NCBI GenBank assembly: GCA_965231215.1 | Contig: OZ246423.1 | Coordinates: forward strand, 1,120,001 to 1,184,000 | Length of the DNA stretch: 64,000 bases | Direction of reading: 5' to 3' | From: Candidatus Altimarinota bacterium | GTDB taxonomy: Bacteria > Patescibacteriota > Gracilibacteria > UBA4473 | Shown: piece after piece, positions 59,501 through 64,000 of the stretch | Numbering within the stretch: the stretch's first letter is position 1 | Layout: the number at the start of each line of letters is the position of its first letter | Notes under the pieces: generated by a model | What the model was told of the DNA's origin: nothing | The model's database searches: none | Seen by the model: the letters and a program-made list of their open reading frames with translations, nothing else | Position numbers and translations under genes: made by a program

Positions 59501-60014
59501 TAATGCAGATGTACTTCAAATTAAAGACCGAAACGTAACGCTGAATATGCCAGTAGAGTATCCTAACTTTACACTTGTAGCCGATGGATCAGCTAACCGA
59601 GGAACCTTTGAATCTGATCACGATGCTACAGCGGTGAGAAACTACTACCAATGGTCTACGCGAAGAGCCACTCAACAAGACTACGATCTAGTGGTTCAAT
59701 GGCCAATCCCAGATGATTTCCAAGAATTCCAAGCGACAAACCCAATTCAGTTCTTGTACCAAACAACTGATGCGACAGCTGGGGATAATGAAATTGATGT
59801 GATTAGTCTAAGTGATACGGCTGGAGCGGCCGTCACCCTGACAGGTTCTAATGTTGATCTTGTAAACACAGCTTGGACTACACACGATCTTAATTACTCT
59901 GGAACTCCAACCTTCACGGCTGGAGAGTACATTACCTTAACGCTACGTCTACACGCAGACAATGGAAATGTTTCACGGCTAGGAGAAATGATCTTCAATT
60001 ACGTAGCTAAATAG
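56547..60014 (+). CDS. Long repetitive secreted fibre protein (member 5)
   Basis: Signal ..AEA, IFSTEDDG module, repeats LTSANIFVGNGSNQAAGVALSGDATI and 10-aa (I/L)AxxAVGxxE; YPN...QDYD head shared with member 1. Confidence 0.8.
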   Translation: MKQWLKRQSTRKGLSLLTLVTLSYSIFAPTAEARLIFSTEDDGTESDTYTLDVEGGNADGANVDLGITFGGALSTPGSLIYNDSTGEFTFNKAVDFGGNEIQDFRVEKLPTASAPTCAAAGDAGRMYYDTDTNEMMVCTGTVWNSVEDLDGALTDGNIFVGNASNQATGVTMSGDVTISNTGVTTIGANAIGSAEVSNNTLTADDLATDSVGADEIAANAVGSAEIATNAVGDDEIDYTNVTLSDFTNDLSLTSANIFVGDGSNQAAGVALSGDATISNTGVLTIGANAIGSAEVSNNTLTADDLATDSVNADEIAAGAVGTSELNATGAGNDKRLTTNGTGDMVWIDDNALDNTLTSANIFVGNGSNQAAGVALSGDATIDNTGALTIADNAVDGTDISVAGEGAGSVMYHDGTDWVNLGVGTAGQVLSVNAGATAPEWITTSSSLEGLTDTNITGAADGNILVYDNTNSEWDNVAASGDATISNTGVIDLANGAVEASEIADGAVSGGTGGVITDESITADDLATDSVGADEIAANAVGSAEIATNAVGDDEIDYTNVTLSDFTNDLSLTSANIFVGNGSNQAAGVALSGDATIDNTGALTIADNAVDGTDISVAGEGAGSVMYHDGTDWVNLGIGTAGQRLQVNAGATAPEWVTDNALSDTLTDGDIFVGNGSNVATGVTMSGDVTISNTGVTTIGANAIGSAEVSNNTLTADDLATDSVGADEIAANAVGSAEIATNAVGDDEIDYTNVTLSDFTNDLSLTSANIFVGDGSNQAAGVALSGDATISNTGVLTIGANAIGSAEVSNNTLTADDLATDSVGADEIAAGAVGTSELNATGAGNDKRLTTNGTGDMVWVDDNALDNTLTSANIFVGNASNVAAGVAMSGDATINNTGALDLADDAVEASELNADTAGLGITQAVSGALDVNVDDSTIEVETDIVQVKDDGITAAKLNADTAGDGLVQNGGTGALDVNVDDTTIEINADVLQIKDRNVTLNMPVEYPNFTLVADGSANRGTFESDHDATAVRNYYQWSTRRATQQDYDLVVQWPIPDDFQEFQATNPIQFLYQTTDATAGDNEIDVISLSDTAGAAVTLTGSNVDLVNTAWTTHDLNYSGTPTFTAGEYITLTLRLHADNGNVSRLGEMIFNYVAK
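57045..59166. repeat. Near-identical intragenic direct repeats
   Basis: 57045-57630 recurs at 58581-59166 (offset 1536); 57621-57800 at 58266-58445 (offset 645); 57149-57304 at 58106-58261 (offset 957). Confidence 0.9.
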
Positions 60015-60072
60015 GGGACCTTCCACGAAGAAAAGTAGTTAGTGGAATTATCCTAGATAAAAAAATAAACAC

Positions 60073-60101
60073 AAAAAGGCCTCGCTTAGCGAGGCCTTTT
60101 T
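60073..60101. terminator. Intrinsic terminator after the fibre cluster
   Basis: AAAAAGGCCTCGC-TTA-GCGAGGCCTTTTT perfect inverted repeat. Confidence 0.9.
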
Positions 60102-60139
60102 GTTATAGGGGAGTTCTTTAAGCTCATTATAAATATTAT

Positions 60140-60175
60140 AAAAAAACACCCCCCACAGTGATCTGTAGGGGGCGC
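60140..60175 (-). terminator. Probable terminator of the SLH gene
   Basis: Minus strand GCGCCCCCTACAG-ATCA-CTGTGGGGGGTGT followed by a T run. Confidence 0.7.
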
Positions 60176-60240
60176 TTATTATTTTTGTTTTTTTTCCAGA
60201 AAGGATAGGTAAGTATAAAGTTCTTTTGTGAGATCGGTAA

Positions 60241-61230
60241 TTATTGTCCAGATTGCTCACGGGCTTTGGTGGCTATCTGGCTCGCAATGGTTTTAATTTT
60301 ATCTGTAAGGGTTTGGTTTTTATCATTTAAATTAAAGCTCTCATCGGCTAAATTCCAGGCCTGTTTGCTCGTAGCGATAACTTCTTCAATTCGTCCTTCA
60401 CTACCAGCGATATAAGCGCCAGTGATATTTTTAAGAGCTTTTACAACTTTATCGGCAGAAAGGACAATACTATTCTGGGGAAGAAGCTCTAAAGCATAGG
60501 TAGAAAACTTCTCAGCAATAGAAACCAGCACTGCAGCGGTTCCAATCTCTTGTTTTTCAATAAATTCAATACTTTTGATTAGGTGAATTTCGGCCAAATT
60601 AAGCAAGGTTTGAGGGTTAAGCCCTTTGCCTTGTCTCAGCATAGAAAAAATAAGGTCAGCAGCCTCGCCTCGGGTCAGCTCTTTGCCTGGATGTATATTG
60701 TTATCTTGATCTGGGGTGACGATCTTGTATTTAACCGCAAACTTTAGGTAAGGGGCAAACCAAATATCATCTGGTACATCACTGATAGGTACCTCTCCTA
60801 ATTCGTATTGAGTAGGATCAATTTCAAAGCTGAGCATAAGCATTTTTATAAACTCCGCTTTATTAACGGTTCTGCCTGGAGCGAAATTTCCAGTCGTAGA
60901 GTCACCAGAAACAATTCCTAGAGTGGCTGCATGATTTATGAAAGGCGCGAACCAAATGTCCTTTGGGACATCAGCAAATTTTGTTTCAGTAGCTTCCTCG
61001 GCTTCAATTTCCGCCGCAATAAGAATTATTTTAAGTGATTCAGCTCTGTTAATCAGCTTGTCTCGTCCAAAAGAACCATCGTCATAGCCTTTGAAGATAC
61101 TATGTTGTTCAAGATAGGTTGTAGCTGGATAAAATTCATCCTGAATATTAATATCAGTGAAGGCAAAAACACTGGTTGGAGAAACTAAAAAAGTGAAGAT
61201 TATGAGTTGTTTGAAGTAAGGCTTATTCAT
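60241..61230 (-). CDS. S-layer homology (SLH) domain protein
   Basis: Signal peptide; three SLH repeats (GYDDGSFG...INRAE, FADVP..WFAP, LTRGEAA); helical C-terminus. Confidence 0.9.
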   Translation of the reverse strand: MNKPYFKQLIIFTFLVSPTSVFAFTDINIQDEFYPATTYLEQHSIFKGYDDGSFGRDKLINRAESLKIILIAAEIEAEEATETKFADVPKDIWFAPFINHAATLGIVSGDSTTGNFAPGRTVNKAEFIKMLMLSFEIDPTQYELGEVPISDVPDDIWFAPYLKFAVKYKIVTPDQDNNIHPGKELTRGEAADLIFSMLRQGKGLNPQTLLNLAEIHLIKSIEFIEKQEIGTAAVLVSIAEKFSTYALELLPQNSIVLSADKVVKALKNITGAYIAGSEGRIEEVIATSKQAWNLADESFNLNDKNQTLTDKIKTIASQIATKAREQSGQ

Positions 61231-61361
61231 CTATTAACCATTTTTTAAATTTGGCTCACAAACGCAAGTTCTTTTGAACACAAAAATTGTTTGCGTTCCA
61301 AAAATTTGTACTACAAAAAAGTCTTTAATACAGTCTTAATCTGTGTTTTAGGCTTGTTTTT

Positions 61362-61390
61362 ATAATAAAAACAATATTGCCGTTTTGCAA
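61362..61390 (-). promoter_or_regulatory. Putative sigma70 promoter of the SLH gene
   Basis: Minus strand TTGCAA-17-TATTAT. Confidence 0.5.
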
Positions 61391-61407
61391 GTTGAATTTG
61401 TAAAGTC

Positions 61408-61435
61408 AAAAAACTCCATAAGTGTTTTATGAAGT
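61408..61435 (-). terminator. Intrinsic terminator closing the candidate ncRNA
   Basis: Minus strand ACTTCATAA-AACAC-TTATGGAGT followed by TTTTT. Confidence 0.65.
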
Positions 61436-61994
61436 CATAAAGCGAAGCAGGAGCGGATGGCTATCTGGTTCTCAGTTTATTTTGAGTGATAAGCTACCGC
61501 CCCCTACTTCTGTAGGTAACTAGCCTACAATAACTCTCGCCTTGCTTTGGTGCCAATAACCGATGCACCTCCGGGGTTCATAATGCTTTCTCCTTATTTT
61601 TGACTAAAAGTCAGAAATAGAGTAGAATGCGAACCAAGAAAATTTGAACCACACAAAACGTTAGTGGTTGGCATAAAAGGCATTTCATTCTGGAATGTCT
61701 TTAGTCTAAGACTAGCGTTTTATTCTCAACCGTTTTGTGAGGGGATCTTGTTCGTAGTTTCAGGCGAACAAAACCTCGTCGCAGAGCGGAGAGAGGGAAG
61801 AAAGCGTTGAAAGATTCTCGAGTAGTCCGATAAAAAATATATGTTTTGGACTTGAGAAGCTTTGTGCCACTTCCTTTCCTCTCTCCGGGGGATTAATCGT
61901 TTCTGTAAAAGATCTACTTCCTGTCTCGTTTTGGGCCGTTCCTTTCTGGTGTGAATCACTGCTTTTTTGTTTTGATTTGTGAAGCGAAGTGTTC
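61408..61994 (-). ncRNA. Candidate large structured non-coding RNA of unknown class (~585 nt)
   Basis: At least 8 adjacent hairpins in a gene-free, GC-enriched interval, bounded by a promoter and a terminator; strand taken from those signals. Confidence 0.6.
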
Positions 61995-61999
61995 AGAGC

Positions 62000-62028
62000 A
62001 TTTTATCCAGGAAGGGGGTTGTTGTCAA
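62000..62028 (-). promoter_or_regulatory. Near-consensus sigma70 promoter of the candidate ncRNA
   Basis: Minus strand TTGACA (62028-62023), 17-bp spacer, TAAAAT (62005-62000). Confidence 0.7.
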
Positions 62029-62309
62029 AACTTTTTATCTAGGAAACCCGAAAATGCCTTGTTTAAGCCGAAAACAATAAAAGACATTCTATCTTAAATA
62101 TTTTAAATATATAATTAAAAGCATGCTGGAACGTCGAATTTCAGCGTTAATTAAAAGCATTTTTCGAACGCGTACTAGGTTTGTACGCTTATCTCCACAA
62201 TTTTTTAATTGCCTTGAACTTCTTGTCCCAACTCACTTTTATTCTAGGAGGTCTTGTTATTTATTGTTAGGTTCTTAGAATTTTGCTAATTTTTGATTCA
62301 TAAAAATAT

Positions 62310-63047
62310 ATGGCTGGGCATAGTAAGTGGAAGCAAATTAAGCATAAGAAGGCGGCAAATGATGCGGCTCGAGGGAAAATTTTGACTAAACATGCCAAGA
62401 TTTTAGCAGTTGTAGGACGTAATGATCCTAATCCAGATACCAATCGGTCACTGAGAACCGCTATTACCAATGCTAAAGCTGATGGTGTCCCTAAAGACAA
62501 TATAGAAAGAACGCTTAAAAAACTTAGTGGAGAGGGGCCTGATGCGGTAGTCTATACAGAAAATGTATATGAAGGGTTTGGGCCTGATGGAGTGCCCTTT
62601 ATGGTGATGAGTCTTACCGATAACACCAATAGAGCTTATACCGATATCCGCAACGCCTTTAATAAAAATGGGGGAAATTTAGGATCTACTGGCTCAGTGG
62701 CTTTTATGTTTGATCATGTGGGAGTGATTTCATTCGATCTTTTAGGAAAGAACGAAGATGAGGTTTTTGAAATGGTAGCTTCAGCCGGAGGGGAGGACTT
62801 TGTGATAGAAGATAATATTGTGGAGGTTACGACTAGTTTTGAAGATTTGGGCAAGGTGCGTCAGGCACTAGAAGATCAGAAAATTGAGATTAGAAAATCA
62901 GAACCTATATATAAAGCTAAAGATCCGGTAAAGATTTCGGATACTACCGTACTGAAAAAAATAGAGGATTTTGTTGAGGCTGTAGAAGCGGTGGATGATA
63001 CCGATGAAGTTTTTGGTGGGTTTATTGTAGGGGATAATTTATTATAG
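62310..63047 (+). CDS. yebC: YebC/PmpR family protein
   Basis: MAGHSKWKQIKHKK, YEGFGP.G, TDNTNR, GSVAFMF. Confidence 0.96.
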   Translation: MAGHSKWKQIKHKKAANDAARGKILTKHAKILAVVGRNDPNPDTNRSLRTAITNAKADGVPKDNIERTLKKLSGEGPDAVVYTENVYEGFGPDGVPFMVMSLTDNTNRAYTDIRNAFNKNGGNLGSTGSVAFMFDHVGVISFDLLGKNEDEVFEMVASAGGEDFVIEDNIVEVTTSFEDLGKVRQALEDQKIEIRKSEPIYKAKDPVKISDTTVLKKIEDFVEAVEAVDDTDEVFGGFIVGDNLL

Positions 63048-63055
63048 AAATACAT

Positions 63056-63994
63056 ATGGAAAACCTATTTTTACAGATTTTTATTTTTATCGCTTGTACC
63101 TTTATTTTGGTGAAGTCTTCAGACTACTTTATTATTAATGCTGAAAAAATTGGACTTTCACTCAAGTGGCCACACTTTTTAACGGGAGTTTTAATTGTGG
63201 CCTTAGGGACGAGTTTGCCAGAACTGGCCACGAGTGTGGCCTCAGTGATGAAAGATAAAACAGATATGGTTGTTGGGAATGTGTTTGGGAGTAATATTGC
63301 TAACATATTTTTAGCGCTTGGGTTTATGTTTTTTATTGTCAATAAGACGGTTAAATTTAAGCATAATGTGTTTGATGTGCACTTTCCAGTGCTGATTATG
63401 GCTATGGCTTTGGCGGTGCTTACCGCTTGGGATAGAGTGATAAGTCCAATAGAAGCTTTCTTTTTTCTTGGCGTTTTAGGATCGTACTTATGGTTCTTGT
63501 TTTCAGAAGATCATGAACATCTGCATATTCCTCACGTAGCGCCAAAGTTTTCCTGGAATTATGTAGTGGGATGTGTTGCTGGATTGGTGGGTCTTATATT
63601 TTCAGCTAAGTTTTTGATTGATGCCATTATTTTGGTGGCGGTCTATTTTAATCTGGCGGAGACCGCTTTATCTGCCACATTAGTAGCGGTAGGGACAAGC
63701 CTGCCGGAGATGATGGTGGTCTACTCAGCACTGAAACGGAATAACTCAGAACTGGTAATAGGGAATATCATTGGGTCTAATATTTTTAACATCTTGATCA
63801 TTTTAGGAATAACCGGAATGATGGCTCCGATAGTGGTGTCAGAGCTTAGTTGGAACATAATTATACCCTTTGCCGTAGCGGCTACCCTCGTTTATTGGAT
63901 GATCTCTATTGACCGTAAAATCACTAAGCAAGAAGGCCTGGCTATGACCTTTCTTTATATACTCTTCCTGGGGAAATTATTTGGATATTTCTAG
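63056..63994 (+). CDS. Calcium/sodium antiporter (YrbG-like)
   Basis: Two GTSLPE alpha repeats; GNVFGSNIAN and GNIIGSNIFN. Confidence 0.94.
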   Translation: MENLFLQIFIFIACTFILVKSSDYFIINAEKIGLSLKWPHFLTGVLIVALGTSLPELATSVASVMKDKTDMVVGNVFGSNIANIFLALGFMFFIVNKTVKFKHNVFDVHFPVLIMAMALAVLTAWDRVISPIEAFFFLGVLGSYLWFLFSEDHEHLHIPHVAPKFSWNYVVGCVAGLVGLIFSAKFLIDAIILVAVYFNLAETALSATLVAVGTSLPEMMVVYSALKRNNSELVIGNIIGSNIFNILIILGITGMMAPIVVSELSWNIIIPFAVAATLVYWMISIDRKITKQEGLAMTFLYILFLGKLFGYF

Positions 63995-64000
63995 AGACGG

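Noticed and set aside
48714-60014. Prophage tail module or DGR target locus
   Set aside because: No terminase, capsid, integrase or reverse transcriptase; proteins carry signal peptides; repeat differences are not adenine-specific
61726-61959. 77-aa ORF, and an 18-aa ORF (MNPGGASVIGTKARRELL) after AAGGAG near 61582
   Set aside because: No protein-like features; both lie within long RNA helices
61408-61994. RNase P RNA, SRP RNA, T-box or self-splicing intron as the identity of the structured region
   Set aside because: Diagnostic conserved motifs not found on either strand; no interrupted host gene
1-64000. Genetic code 25 (TGA=Gly) as in many Gracilibacteria
   Set aside because: Conserved genes are full length under code 11, and nusB and lspA end at TGA at the expected lengths

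Overview
AT-rich bacterial chromosome segment that looks like a Patescibacteria (CPR) genome, probably Gracilibacteria/Peregrinibacteria-like. The taxonomic call is an inference from gene style. TGA is used as a stop, so the code is standard code 11. Housekeeping genes (rpmE, rpmF, nusB, rnc, lspA, rpsT, rel, ftsI-like PBP, sufCB plus mini-sufD, folD, tmk, folP, tkt, tsaC, rsmH, ftsL-like, yebC) alternate with long orphan genes. RNA genes are a one-piece tmRNA with a 27-aa tag and tRNA-Gly(TCC). Highlights: (1) an unannotated ~585-nt, densely base-paired RNA candidate at 61408-61994 with its own sigma70 promoter and terminator; (2) a six-member family of modular secreted fibre/adhesin-like proteins, five in tandem at 48.7-60 kb; (3) three RelA/SpoT-family genes in two loci, each beside a TrmB-family regulator; (4) at least ten genes with a -10 box exactly 6 nt before the start codon (leaderless mRNAs); (5) a decayed islet at the tRNA-Gly 3' end carrying a broken Mrr-type nuclease; (6) phased DnaA boxes before rsmH; (7) mtnN and GIY-YIG pseudogene remnants not in the ORF track. 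All calls come from motif recognition by eye; no searches were run.
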